NCBI GenBank assembly: GCA_963713955.1
Contig: OY970216.1
Location: 209,934 to 273,933, forward strand
Length of the DNA: 64,000 nucleotides
Direction: 5' to 3'
DNA from: an uncultured bacterium
Lineage (GTDB): Bacteria; Patescibacteriota; Minisyncoccia; UBA6257; GWB1-50-10
How positions within the stretch are numbered: the first letter of the stretch is position 1; every line of letters starts with the position of its first letter. The position numbers were made by a program, and so were the translations under genes. Of this stretch, positions 26,873 to 36,696 are shown in pieces. Under the pieces are notes generated by a model. It had not been told where the DNA came from. It worked only from the letters and a program-made list of their open reading frames with translations, and ran no database searches.

Positions 26873-29812
26873 ATGAGAAAAATACTACTATTTTCTCTAT
26901 CCATGTTGCTCCTCTACGGGGTGAGCAAGGTTTTTGCCTCGAACCTCGTCTCAAACTTCCAAGCAAATCCAACGAGTACCGGCGTTCAGGTACAGTGGGT
27001 GAATAACGGCAAGTATGAATACCAGGTGCTTACGAGATCAGATATCGTCCCGCCTATTCAACCATTGCAAACATACAAGAATCCCTCGGCGGGTTTACAA
27101 AGTTTTATCGATCCAAATCTCCCCACGACTCAGTCGGTACCCGGCGGTACGGTGGGTACGTATGCATATAAACTGCAGACGACTGACGCGAGCGGTAATC
27201 AAGTTCCTGATACCGCTTCTCTCGAGTACGCCGATTCGGAAGTCAAGTCTGTCACTACGCTCAGTAGTTACCAGTATTCGGCTTCTTGTCTTTCTGCCAC
27301 TCAATCCTCGATAACGGTGGGGTGGAACACGAATGATCCGAATGTCTCAGGCGTCACCTTGCAAAACGACAATCGATCACCCTATACAGGACTACTACCG
27401 TCGGGGAGCCAAGTAGACGGCGGTCTCACAAACAACACTTCTTACAATTATTCCGTCTCATTTGACAATAGCCATGGCTATACGATAGGGACTTCAACGG
27501 TAACGTGCCAAACGGGCGGCTCGAGCATCTATACTTATCTGTTCTCTTGCGGACCTTCTACGACTTCGAGCGTCACGTTGAGCTTCATCACTGCCGACCC
27601 GGCGGTAAGTTACATAAACATAAGCGGCGACTCTGTGCCAGGGAGAACGGCAAATCAACAGGTGTCGCCTCCTTGGGTGGCAAGCTACGTTGTGCCGAAT
27701 CTTTTACCGGGAACACTCTACTACTATACCGCGTCACTTGGGTATAATGGTTCACCAAATGGTACTCCGCCGACGGGCAGCCCTTCTGCACCAACCCCCT
27801 CGGCGTTACAGTGCCCGACTAAAGTCAATCAAGCCGCAACCACTCTCTCGGACGCGCCGAGCATGGCGCAGGCGTTCGCGAGCGATCCCTCGACGATCTA
27901 TCTCAACTGGAAAGACAACGCGACGTCAACCGCGGGATCGTATGAGTTTGTGGTGCAGCGGATGCAGATGACGCCGAATGTCCCGACATCAACCACGGCC
28001 GCCGCAGTCGAGGACAACTCCAACAACCTGTCGGTCAACGTGAACTGGAAAGATCTCACCACCTCGACGCCGTACTATGCGGTCGTCGAGCGGAGCACCG
28101 ATCCTTCCTTTGTGACCGCGACCTTTTTCCACTACGAAGGGGAAGTCGCCGATCTTGCGACGACGACCGCCGGCAGCTATACGCCGAATCCCGGCGACCA
28201 GAACCTCCATCCTTTTACCAATCCCGATAGTTCCGTAAGCGAAGCGACGACATACTACTACCGTGTCCGGGCATGTTCCCAGCTGGGCCTCGGCGGGTAC
28301 TACGCGTCGGGCGTTGGGAGCGAGATATTGAACAGCGGCCCCGACGGAGAGCCGATGTACCCCTGCACATGGCTCTCACCCGCTTTCGGAACGACCACGC
28401 CGCCCCTCGCGCCGATGAGTCTCACCGCGGCGGTGGACGTGCAGAATCCGACAGGGAAGGTGAATCTGCACTGGATCAACCCCTCCAAGAAAGCTTCCTA
28501 CCTCGAAATAGAGCGCGGCAGTCAAATCATCGCCACGAATCTTTCCACGACCACGACGTCGTATCCGGACGACAATAACGGCAACGGCTTGTCGGCGGGA
28601 ACATCCTACTCGTACGGCGTGAGAGCGTGCTACAACGTTGCCAAGGACTACGTGACGGGGGCGAGTTCCACTGCTTGCTCGAACTGGAGCGCTTCGGCGG
28701 CCACTACCACCAACTTCGTGGTGAACGTAGCGAGGAGCGGGACTGGCGGGGGGACGGTAATGAGCGACCCCTCCGGCATCAGTTGCGGGAGCACATGTTC
28801 GGCGAATTTCCCCGCCGGCACGTCGGTCGTGCTCTCGGCGACTCCTGACGGGAATTCGACGTTCGCCGGATGGGGCGGTGACTGCTCCGGAACGGGAACC
28901 TGCACCGTCTCTGGCAACACGAACGCCACCGCGACCTTCAATTCGAACAATAACACTCTTACCGTTGCGCTAAGTCCCCAGGTTGGGGCAGCTAATGTAG
29001 CTAAAGTTACCATCAATGCAAACGGCAGTAACGTCGTTGTTAGCACCAGTACAACCTTGAATTTGCCCTTGGGAACCCAAGTTACATTAACCGCCTGGTC
29101 CGATACGTCTCTTTATACATTCTCGAGCTGGACAGGTGACGCTTGCAATAATCAAACAGGTTTGGTTTGTACATTCATTTTTGATGCACCCTCTCAAGCA
29201 ACCGCAAACTTCGTCCACACAGTGGGATATAATCCCGATAATCTCATGGCTTCGTTGATGAGAATGATATCATCTACGATTAATTCGTCTCGCAACTTTG
29301 CAGAAAGCTTGACCGGAGGTATCTCTCGCATCGCAGGGAGCGTTGCGTCCGGCTTCAGCAAGGCAGTGGCTTACTTAACATCCCCGTCTACAGCCGAGGG
29401 CCAGACAGCGAGCGACAACGCCACCTACAATCCCTACTTTACAACTACCACCGTTATCACAAATACTGCGAGTCCGTACTGGCAAGATACAAACCTCCTG
29501 CCGGACACCACGTACGTGTATCGGGTGAAGGTTCTCTATAATGATGGGAGAGCGAGCGATTGGTCGAATTGGGCTGCGGCGAAAACGCTCTATAACAACA
29601 GTGGTGTCTCAGTTGGATTCATGCCCATTTGCACAGCGAACAGCGTTTGTAGGAGTGATATTCCAGGCGTGCAATCATCCGATTTGGGCCACTTCAACCG
29701 CAACCCGCAACTGAGTGGCCAGCAACCAGTCGAGAAATCCGAGCGGCAGTGCACGACGAACGCCGACTGCGTGAACGTGGGGCGGGTGAATCAGCTGTTC
29801 CAGGAGAAGTAG
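26873..29812 (+). CDS. Large secreted FN3 / InlB B-repeat-like surface protein
   Basis: Signal peptide; several LxPxTxYxYxV FN3-like motifs; GTGGGTV.S.PSGISCG..C...F.GWGG.C repeat; Cys-rich C-terminus. Confidence 0.85.
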   Translation: MRKILLFSLSMLLLYGVSKVFASNLVSNFQANPTSTGVQVQWVNNGKYEYQVLTRSDIVPPIQPLQTYKNPSAGLQSFIDPNLPTTQSVPGGTVGTYAYKLQTTDASGNQVPDTASLEYADSEVKSVTTLSSYQYSASCLSATQSSITVGWNTNDPNVSGVTLQNDNRSPYTGLLPSGSQVDGGLTNNTSYNYSVSFDNSHGYTIGTSTVTCQTGGSSIYTYLFSCGPSTTSSVTLSFITADPAVSYINISGDSVPGRTANQQVSPPWVASYVVPNLLPGTLYYYTASLGYNGSPNGTPPTGSPSAPTPSALQCPTKVNQAATTLSDAPSMAQAFASDPSTIYLNWKDNATSTAGSYEFVVQRMQMTPNVPTSTTAAAVEDNSNNLSVNVNWKDLTTSTPYYAVVERSTDPSFVTATFFHYEGEVADLATTTAGSYTPNPGDQNLHPFTNPDSSVSEATTYYYRVRACSQLGLGGYYASGVGSEILNSGPDGEPMYPCTWLSPAFGTTTPPLAPMSLTAAVDVQNPTGKVNLHWINPSKKASYLEIERGSQIIATNLSTTTTSYPDDNNGNGLSAGTSYSYGVRACYNVAKDYVTGASSTACSNWSASAATTTNFVVNVARSGTGGGTVMSDPSGISCGSTCSANFPAGTSVVLSATPDGNSTFAGWGGDCSGTGTCTVSGNTNATATFNSNNNTLTVALSPQVGAANVAKVTINANGSNVVVSTSTTLNLPLGTQVTLTAWSDTSLYTFSSWTGDACNNQTGLVCTFIFDAPSQATANFVHTVGYNPDNLMASLMRMISSTINSSRNFAESLTGGISRIAGSVASGFSKAVAYLTSPSTAEGQTASDNATYNPYFTTTTVITNTASPYWQDTNLLPDTTYVYRVKVLYNDGRASDWSNWAAAKTLYNNSGVSVGFMPICTANSVCRSDIPGVQSSDLGHFNRNPQLSGQQPVEKSERQCTTNADCVNVGRVNQLFQEK

Positions 29813-29817
29813 CTTTC

Positions 29818-30003
29818 GGAATAATTGTTTTCCTCTCACTCAAACCTCCAGGCGTTAAAATTCCTCTCGCTCGCACGCTCCTCGCCACCCAGCTCGCGCT
29901 CCGCCACCTGGCGTACGCTCGCGGGGCCTGGCTCGGTGACGCGGCTCGCTCGGGGATTTTGAAACGCCTTCCGGCAGAATCGTTTGAGAAAAACAATTAT
30001 TCC
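29818..30003. repeat. Long nested palindrome between convergent genes
   Basis: ggaataattgtttt.ctc / gagaaaaacaattattcc outer arms; aggcgtt.aaaat / attttgaaacgcct inner arms; gctcgc-rich interior. Confidence 0.7.
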
Positions 30004-30097
30004 TTTTAGGTTGGATAGGGGGATTTATAATCTCGCCTCGACAAACCCGCTCAAAATAGAGTAAGTCCCCTCTATCGGTTTTATTGGTTTTGGGGGG

Positions 30098-30856
30098 TTA
30101 AGTCCTGGCGGCGGTAATGGCGATGATCTTCCGGGCGCCGTTCTTTTTGAGGAGCGCGGTGATTTCCGTGATCGTCGCACCGGACGTGAAAACGTCGTCA
30201 ACGACGAAGAAATTCCGCCCGGCAATCTCGGCGCCGCGCCGGACACTGAAAGAACCTTTCACATTTTCTCTCCGTTCTTTGTACGATTTTTGTTCCGTCT
30301 GCGATTTTGCCTTCCGGGATTTTACTAGGATATTTTCCTCTATCTCGAATTTCGGAAACGCGCCCCCGGCATCCATCTCCCCGATGAATCTTTTGAGATT
30401 CCGGGCTATGAGGAGAGATTGATTGAAACCTCTCCGCCTCTCTTTCGACGGGTGGAGCGGGACGGGAATCATCGTGAAATCCCCCTCGATCGGCTTTCCG
30501 GAGTTGAGAAACGTTTTGAGGAGATAGCCGGTCGTGAAGAACGCAAGCGGTACGGCCGCTTTTTTCACTCCGTCGTACTTCAGGACATGGATGAGCTTTT
30601 GGGTTGCCGATTCTTCGAACTTCAAGGGTGAGGCGAGGACGAATTTCGCGGAGCCGTGGCAGGTAACCTCCCGGGAAGGGAGTCTCCTCTTGCAAATTGG
30701 GCAGAAGAAACCATACGGGTAGGAGAATTTTTCCCTGCAGGAGCGGCAGAGCGAGAGTTCTCGTTCGTCTTTCTGAAGGATCTTTTCGCAGACGAGGCAA
30801 ATCGGCGGGAAAACTGCGTCGAAAAACGATTTCGCGAACTCGCTTAGCCCCTTCAT
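30098..30856 (-). CDS. comF: ComF family protein (Zn ribbon + PRTase)
   Basis: FPPICLVC, PVPLH...RRGFNQS, VVDDVFTSGAT. Confidence 0.95.
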   Translation of the reverse strand: MKGLSEFAKSFFDAVFPPICLVCEKILQKDERELSLCRSCREKFSYPYGFFCPICKRRLPSREVTCHGSAKFVLASPLKFEESATQKLIHVLKYDGVKKAAVPLAFFTTGYLLKTFLNSGKPIEGDFTMIPVPLHPSKERRRGFNQSLLIARNLKRFIGEMDAGGAFPKFEIEENILVKSRKAKSQTEQKSYKERRENVKGSFSVRRGAEIAGRNFFVVDDVFTSGATITEITALLKKNGARKIIAITAART

Positions 30857-30885
30857 TTTGTGTTAAAATCATTATAACAAGCACC

Positions 30886-31989
30886 ATGAAGATAACCAGC
30901 GTTTTCTCGGATTTTTTCTCGGACGTTTTTAATTTCTTGAAAGCGAGGTTGGTTTTGGGTGTGGATATCGGCACCGCTTCGGTCAAAGTTGTGGCGGTCG
31001 GCGAGCGGGGCGGCAAGCTGAATCTTCAGAACTATGGAATCCTCGAAACCAGAGACTATCTCATCCATCCCGCGAAGGCGCTTCAGACAAGTTCCCTTCC
31101 CATTGATGAAAACGCGGCGGCTGAAGCACTCCGGATTCTCTTGAGAGAAGTTAAGCCGAAGACCGCGACGGCGGTAGCTTCAATACCGGCTTTTTCTTCG
31201 TTCGCGACGGTCATGGATATGCCTCTTCTTTCTCCGTCCGAAACGGCGAAGGCGGTCATGTTCCAGGCCCCCCAATATATCCCGATGCCGGTCGACGAGG
31301 TTACGATCGACTGGTTCAAGGTGGATGAATTCGCAAGCGATGCGGGGCAGAAGTATCAGCACGTTTTCGTCGTCGGCATTCCGAAAAGCGTGATCCAGAA
31401 ATACAAGAATATCCTGAAAATGGCCGGATTAAAACTCGTCTCCCTGGAGTTCGACGGGTTGGCCCTCGTGCGGAGTCTCGTGGATTCCGGCGACGATGAA
31501 ACCATTATCGTCGACATCGGCGCCGAAGAAACCGACATATTCATAGCCTCGCGGGGGCATTTGGAATACCTCGGCGAAACCGATTACAGCGGGATACACC
31601 TCACCCAATCGGTCGGCAGAAGCCTCGGCATAACCACGATGAGAGCGGAAGAGTTGAAGCGGAGGAGGGGACTCCTGTCGGAGGGGCCCGAATCTGAGTT
31701 ATCAACATTAACTATTCCGTTCTTGGATGTTATAATACAAGAAGTGAACCACGTGCGGGATGTTTATAAGAGAAGGTACGGAAAGGAGGCAAAAAAGATA
31801 ATGCTCGTCGGAGGAGGGGCCAACTTGATAGGCGTGGGGCGGTATTTTTCAAAGCAGACGGGACTCATCGAAACTAAACCGAGCATTTTCAGAAAAGTTT
31901 CTTATGATCTGCGCTTGGAACCGGTCCTCGCGCAACTTGAGAATGAACTCCCCGTAGCCGTGGGTTTAGCCGAGCGGTACTTTGAGTAG
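30886..31989 (+). CDS. pilM: Type IV pilus assembly protein PilM
   Basis: LGVDIGTASVK, IVDIGA, LVGGGA, AVGLA. Confidence 0.92.
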   Translation: MKITSVFSDFFSDVFNFLKARLVLGVDIGTASVKVVAVGERGGKLNLQNYGILETRDYLIHPAKALQTSSLPIDENAAAEALRILLREVKPKTATAVASIPAFSSFATVMDMPLLSPSETAKAVMFQAPQYIPMPVDEVTIDWFKVDEFASDAGQKYQHVFVVGIPKSVIQKYKNILKMAGLKLVSLEFDGLALVRSLVDSGDDETIIVDIGAEETDIFIASRGHLEYLGETDYSGIHLTQSVGRSLGITTMRAEELKRRRGLLSEGPESELSTLTIPFLDVIIQEVNHVRDVYKRRYGKEAKKIMLVGGGANLIGVGRYFSKQTGLIETKPSIFRKVSYDLRLEPVLAQLENELPVAVGLAERYFE

Positions 31990-32047
31990 CGATGCGAATA
32001 ACGAAGAAAATAAATTTGTATAATTAGTATATTAGCATCGATACACC

Positions 32048-32620
32048 ATGGACGAACAACAAAATCAACAAAGAACCAACGCAGGGGTAAGCGAACAGTT
32101 CTTGAGTAACCCGGTCACCATCGGCACGCCGTGGCGGCTTTTTGTGTTTTCAGTGCTTCTCTTCGCCTTCTCGCTTTTGGTCTACTTCGGGCTGAAAGTC
32201 GGATACGAAAATTATCTGCAGTCGAGGTCGGATGCCTTGGATCAGAACCTTTCCCAGCTTTCAAGTTCGATCAGCCAGGAGGACGAGCAAAATTTCATCG
32301 CGGTGTATTCCCAGATTGTAAACCTGAAAAGCGTTCTCGGGAGTCACCTCTTCAGCGAGAATATTTTCCCGTTTCTCGAGAAAGATACGCTCCCCCAGGT
32401 GAGTTACTCGGAAGCAAAGTTTTCGAGCGACACGCGCACGCTGGAGCTCACGGGGCAATCGGTTTCGCTCCAAATCTTGGCTGAACAGATGGCCGAGTTC
32501 GAGAAAGCCTCGGAACTCGAGAGCGCGGTTCTTTCGGGAATGAATTTCAACCCCGGCGGCAACACCTCCTTCACCATAACCTTGACCTTCAAGGGCGATT
32601 ATTTGTCGAAGCCGGTGTAA
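32048..32620 (+). CDS. PilN-like protein
   Basis: Single TM, coiled coil and ferredoxin-like C-terminus; follows pilM. Confidence 0.7.
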   Translation: MDEQQNQQRTNAGVSEQFLSNPVTIGTPWRLFVFSVLLFAFSLLVYFGLKVGYENYLQSRSDALDQNLSQLSSSISQEDEQNFIAVYSQIVNLKSVLGSHLFSENIFPFLEKDTLPQVSYSEAKFSSDTRTLELTGQSVSLQILAEQMAEFEKASELESAVLSGMNFNPGGNTSFTITLTFKGDYLSKPV

Positions 32621-32627
32621 CCCTACC

Positions 32628-33206
32628 ATGAAAGCATCAACCAAAAGGGCTCTCAGCATTCTCTTCTCGCTTTTCTTTCTCATAGCGACCATCGTCGTCT
32701 ACACGAGCCTCATACAACCGGAGATTGGCGCCGCGAGTCAGTTGCAATCCGTCGTCGCTTCCAAGACCAACGCTTACCAGAATCAGAAAAACGCGGTATC
32801 TCAGGTTTCAAAGCTTATTAGCCAGTTCCAGAATGCGGGTTCACTCGAAAACACTCTTTCACTCGCGATGCCGATAGGGCCGAGCGTAACACAAGCCCTG
32901 AACCAGTGGTACACGGTTTCACAGACGAGCCAAGCGAGCGTCCAGACACTCGACATAAAAGTCGGGAACGCTTTCATCCAATCCAGCCAGCCTCTGGCCA
33001 AAGGCATGGGGACCGTGACCGTCGATCTGGGACTCCTCGGGACGTACGATTCGTTGAAGCAATTTTTGACCTCGATTGAGTCGAACGCGAGAGTGATCAA
33101 CGTCGATTCCCTGGACCTGAGGCCGGTGCAGTCGCAAAGCACGGCGGGCGGCGGGTCGCTCTACTCGCTCGGCCTCACCGTTGATACGTATTATCAATCG
33201 AACTAA
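32628..33206 (+). CDS. PilO-like protein
   Basis: TM; GTYDSLKQFL..IE...RVINV motif. Confidence 0.8.
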   Translation: MKASTKRALSILFSLFFLIATIVVYTSLIQPEIGAASQLQSVVASKTNAYQNQKNAVSQVSKLISQFQNAGSLENTLSLAMPIGPSVTQALNQWYTVSQTSQASVQTLDIKVGNAFIQSSQPLAKGMGTVTVDLGLLGTYDSLKQFLTSIESNARVINVDSLDLRPVQSQSTAGGGSLYSLGLTVDTYYQSN

Positions 33207-33207
33207 T

Positions 33208-33338
33208 CCCTCACCCTTCGAGAATCGCGTATAATAAGAACAAAGACTACTATGAATAAGTTAAAAAACACAAATTTGAGACCAATAAGTAAAATGCTTC
33301 TTCGTCGCGAAGCCGAATCAATTCTTGAAGGGTGAGGG
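33208..33338. mobile_element. MITE-like element with CCCTCACCCTTC TIRs at a TAATG junction
   Basis: taAT-ccctcacccttcgaga...tcttgaagggtgaggg-ATg; AT duplicated. Confidence 0.75.
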
Positions 33339-33629
33339 ATGGCGATCATCGTTGAACAAGAGAAGAAGCCGGTGAATTGGGTGAACGTCGTGGCTATCGT
33401 GGTTTTCGTGGTCCTGGTTTTCGCCGTGGCCTATTTCGTGTTTTTCAACAAGCCGGAACTCATCGACGTCGTTTTGCCGGGCGGACTCAGGAACATCAAC
33501 ACGTTGTCGCAGGTTCAGGTGGATCCGTCGCCCGTGGTCACGACGCTCCAGAAGTATTTCACGACCAACTACAATTCACCGATCACGATTCCGACTCCCG
33601 GCCGCACCAACCCCTTCGCGCCATTCTAA
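33339..33629 (+). CDS. Small membrane protein of the pil operon (PilP-position)
   Basis: TM; C-terminal GRTNPFAPF motif. Confidence 0.75.
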   Translation: MAIIVEQEKKPVNWVNVVAIVVFVVLVFAVAYFVFFNKPELIDVVLPGGLRNINTLSQVQVDPSPVVTTLQKYFTTNYNSPITIPTPGRTNPFAPF

Positions 33630-33630
33630 T

Positions 33631-33754
33631 CCCTCACCCTTCGAGGATCGCTTTGAGTCATTTTGGGAAGTACATGAAATTGGAGATTGTCGTAAAAAAG
33701 CTGAGAGAGAAAACTCCGAAGCCGCGGAGTTTATTAATCTTCGAAGGGTGAGGG
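33631..33754. mobile_element. Second CCCTCACCCTTC-TIR element at a TAATG junction
   Basis: taAT-ccctcacccttcga...tcgaagggtgaggg-ATg; interior unrelated to first copy. Confidence 0.75.
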
Positions 33755-35485
33755 ATGACCGATCAAGAATTAGTCAAAAAACTGGTTGAAAAGAAGCTGA
33801 TTTCGGAGCAAATCGGCTCGAGGATTTTGCGCGACGCCGAACTTCGGGGGCAGTCGGCGGAAGAAATGATTTATCAAAGCCGACTGGCCGATGAAACAGC
33901 CGTCGCGAAGGTGAAAAGCGAGCTCCTTGGCGTACCATACAAGAAAGTAGACGTGGGTGCGGTGACGAGCGATCTCATCGCTTTCATTCCCAAGGAAACG
34001 TCGAAAACCTACCAGGTTATTCCGCTCGAGAAAAACGGCGATATGCTGGTCGTGGGAATGCTCCGGCCCGACAGTTTGCAGGCGCAGGAGGCTCTGAAAT
34101 TCATAGCCAAGCAGGAACGGCTGAGTCTCGGCGTTTACCTCGTGACTCCTTCGGACATGGCGGCGGTGTGGAGGAAGTATGCGCCGTACAAAACCGAAGT
34201 CGAGTCAGCCGTGGAGGAAATCGGGAACGTGAGACAGGCTGATTCCTTCGCGGTTTCGCTCGAAGAAGAAGGAGGAACCGGCGAGGACGCGCCGATCATA
34301 AAAATAGTCGCCTCGACGCTCCGGGAGGCAGTCGAAGAGAAAGCTTCGGACATTCACATAGAACCGCAGCGGCTCCGGCTTCGCGTACGGTTCCGGATCG
34401 ACGGCGACCTCAAGGAAGTCGCTTCCCTCCCTCTTTCCTTGAGCCAACCCGTCATTTCGCGCGTCAAGGTTTTGGCAAGATTGAAACTCGACGAGACGAG
34501 GATTCCCCAGGACGGAAGGTTCAGGACTTTGATTTCCGGGAGGGATATTGATTTCAGGGTGGCGACGTTCCCGACTCCTTCAGGCGAGAAAGTGGTTTTG
34601 CGCGTTCTCGATCCGACAACCGGTCTCAAGGGTCTCCCGGAACTGGGGCTTAGCGATTACAACTTCAAGATATTGGAAGAGGCGCTCGGGTCTCCGTACG
34701 GCATGGTTTTGATCACCGGACCCACGGGTTCCGGCAAGACGACCACGCTCTACGCGATCATGCAGAAAATCAATTCCGAAAAGGTGAATATCGTGACTCT
34801 CGAGGATCCCGTCGAGTACTTCATGGATGGGATCAACCAATCTCAGGTAAAACCCGAGATCGGCTATGATTTTTCTTCCGGCCTCCGGCAGATTTTGCGG
34901 CAGGATCCGGACATCATCATGGTCGGCGAGGTCAGGGATTCGGAGACCGCCAATTTGGCCGTGAATGCGGCCTTGACCGGACACCTTATGCTCTCGACTC
35001 TTCATACCAACAATTCCATCGGCGTCATTCCGCGGCTCATCGATCTCGGCGTGCCGGGATTTCTTCTTGCGTCTTCCCTGAATCTCATGCTCGCCCAACG
35101 TCTCGTGGGGAGGCTGTGTCCCGAGTGCAAGAAGGAGCGGCCGGTGTCCGCCGGTCTTGAGAAAGTGGTGGAGGAATCTCTCGCGAAGCTTCCCGAAAGC
35201 GTGCGTGCGGGCCTCAAGTACAAAAAGCCCTACTCCTCGTGGTATGTCGAGCCGAATCCGAGTTGCAACGTCTGCAACGGGAAGGGGACGGTGGGGAGGG
35301 TGGCGGCATTCGAAATCTTCAGGATGACGAGGGAATTGGTGGACATCGTAAGCCGAGGATTCACCGAGAACGCGCTCATCGACGAGGCAAAGCGGCAGGG
35401 CATGGTCTCGATGAGAGAAGACGGCGTCCTGAAAGCACTTCAGGGCGAAGTGATGCTGGAAGAAGTGGTGAGGGAAACGGAGTAA
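33755..35485 (+). CDS. pilB: Type IV pilus assembly ATPase PilB/GspE
   Basis: ASDIHIEP, GPTGSGKTTTLY, EDPVEY, RQDPDIIMVGE, STLHTN, tetra-Cys motif. Confidence 0.95.
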   Translation: MTDQELVKKLVEKKLISEQIGSRILRDAELRGQSAEEMIYQSRLADETAVAKVKSELLGVPYKKVDVGAVTSDLIAFIPKETSKTYQVIPLEKNGDMLVVGMLRPDSLQAQEALKFIAKQERLSLGVYLVTPSDMAAVWRKYAPYKTEVESAVEEIGNVRQADSFAVSLEEEGGTGEDAPIIKIVASTLREAVEEKASDIHIEPQRLRLRVRFRIDGDLKEVASLPLSLSQPVISRVKVLARLKLDETRIPQDGRFRTLISGRDIDFRVATFPTPSGEKVVLRVLDPTTGLKGLPELGLSDYNFKILEEALGSPYGMVLITGPTGSGKTTTLYAIMQKINSEKVNIVTLEDPVEYFMDGINQSQVKPEIGYDFSSGLRQILRQDPDIIMVGEVRDSETANLAVNAALTGHLMLSTLHTNNSIGVIPRLIDLGVPGFLLASSLNLMLAQRLVGRLCPECKKERPVSAGLEKVVEESLAKLPESVRAGLKYKKPYSSWYVEPNPSCNVCNGKGTVGRVAAFEIFRMTRELVDIVSRGFTENALIDEAKRQGMVSMREDGVLKALQGEVMLEEVVRETE

Positions 35486-35502
35486 GTGCTATTATTACCA
35501 CA

Positions 35503-36582
35503 ATGGCAACAGATTCTAATAAACAAAGACTGAACAATCTCTTGGTCATGACCGCGAAGCAGAACGCATCGGATCTGCACTTGGCCGTCGGGAGGAGGCC
35601 GACCGTGAGAGTCGACAGCGTCTTGATCCCGATAGCCGAGGAGCCGATCTTGACCAAGGAAGATGCGGAGGGACTCGTGTTCGCGCTCTTGACCGAGGAG
35701 CAGAAAGTTTCTTTCCTTGATCGGAAACAGCTTGATTTTTCGTATAATTACGAGGACAAGGCCCGATTCCGGGTGAACGCATATTTCCAGCGGGGATTCG
35801 TGGCCGCGGCGCTTCGCTTGATACCGGGCGAGATAAAGACGGTGGAAGAATTGAATCTGCCGCCGATACTCCACGATTTCACGAAGTTGAACCAGGGATT
35901 CATTCTCGTCGTGGGGCCCGCGGGGCACGGAAAGTCAACGACCTTGGCCGCCCTCCTCGACGAAGTGAATCACAGGAGAAATGATCACATCATCACCATC
36001 GAAGATCCGATCGAATACATATTTTCCCAAGACCGGTGCATCATCTCGCAGCGGGAAGTCGGGGCCGACACGATTTCTTTCAATTCGGCGCTCCGGGCGG
36101 TCTTGCGACAGGATCCGGACGTTATCATGATCGGCGAGATGCGCGATGCCGAAACGATCGCGACGGCCATGACGGCCGCCGAAACGGGTCACTTGGTGTT
36201 CTCAACGCTCCACACCAATTCTGCTTCGCAAACCATCGACCGGATCATCGACAGTTTTCCCCCGAACCAACAGGGACAAATCGTTTCCCAGCTCGCCTCA
36301 ACCTTGGTTGCCATCGTTTCCGAACGGCTAATACCCAGGATGGGGGGCGGGAGAATACCTTCGATGGAAATCATGATCGTGAATCCCGCCATAAGGAACC
36401 TCGTACGGGAACGGAAGATTTATCAGATAGATTTGGTGATAGAGACGAGCGTTCAGGAAGGCATGATATCCTTGAACCGCTCCCTCGTGAACCTCATCAA
36501 AAAGAAGGAAGTATCTCTCGAGCAAGCCGAGTCGTATTCGCTGAACCCGGCGGAGCTCAGAATACTTTTGGAAAGGACGTGA
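35503..36582 (+). CDS. pilT: Type IV pilus retraction ATPase
   Basis: ASDLHL, GPAGHGKSTT, EDPIEY, RQDPD, AIRNLVRE. Confidence 0.95.
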   Translation: MATDSNKQRLNNLLVMTAKQNASDLHLAVGRRPTVRVDSVLIPIAEEPILTKEDAEGLVFALLTEEQKVSFLDRKQLDFSYNYEDKARFRVNAYFQRGFVAAALRLIPGEIKTVEELNLPPILHDFTKLNQGFILVVGPAGHGKSTTLAALLDEVNHRRNDHIITIEDPIEYIFSQDRCIISQREVGADTISFNSALRAVLRQDPDVIMIGEMRDAETIATAMTAAETGHLVFSTLHTNSASQTIDRIIDSFPPNQQGQIVSQLASTLVAIVSERLIPRMGGGRIPSMEIMIVNPAIRNLVRERKIYQIDLVIETSVQEGMISLNRSLVNLIKKKEVSLEQAESYSLNPAELRILLERT

Positions 36583-36696
36583 TATAATGAAAGCTATATA
36601 ACACCAACAACGCGAACATATGCGAACAACACGAACGGCTAAGTACATTTGTGTCATTCGTGCGGTTCGTATTGTGCAGTTTGCGTCATTCGTGCC

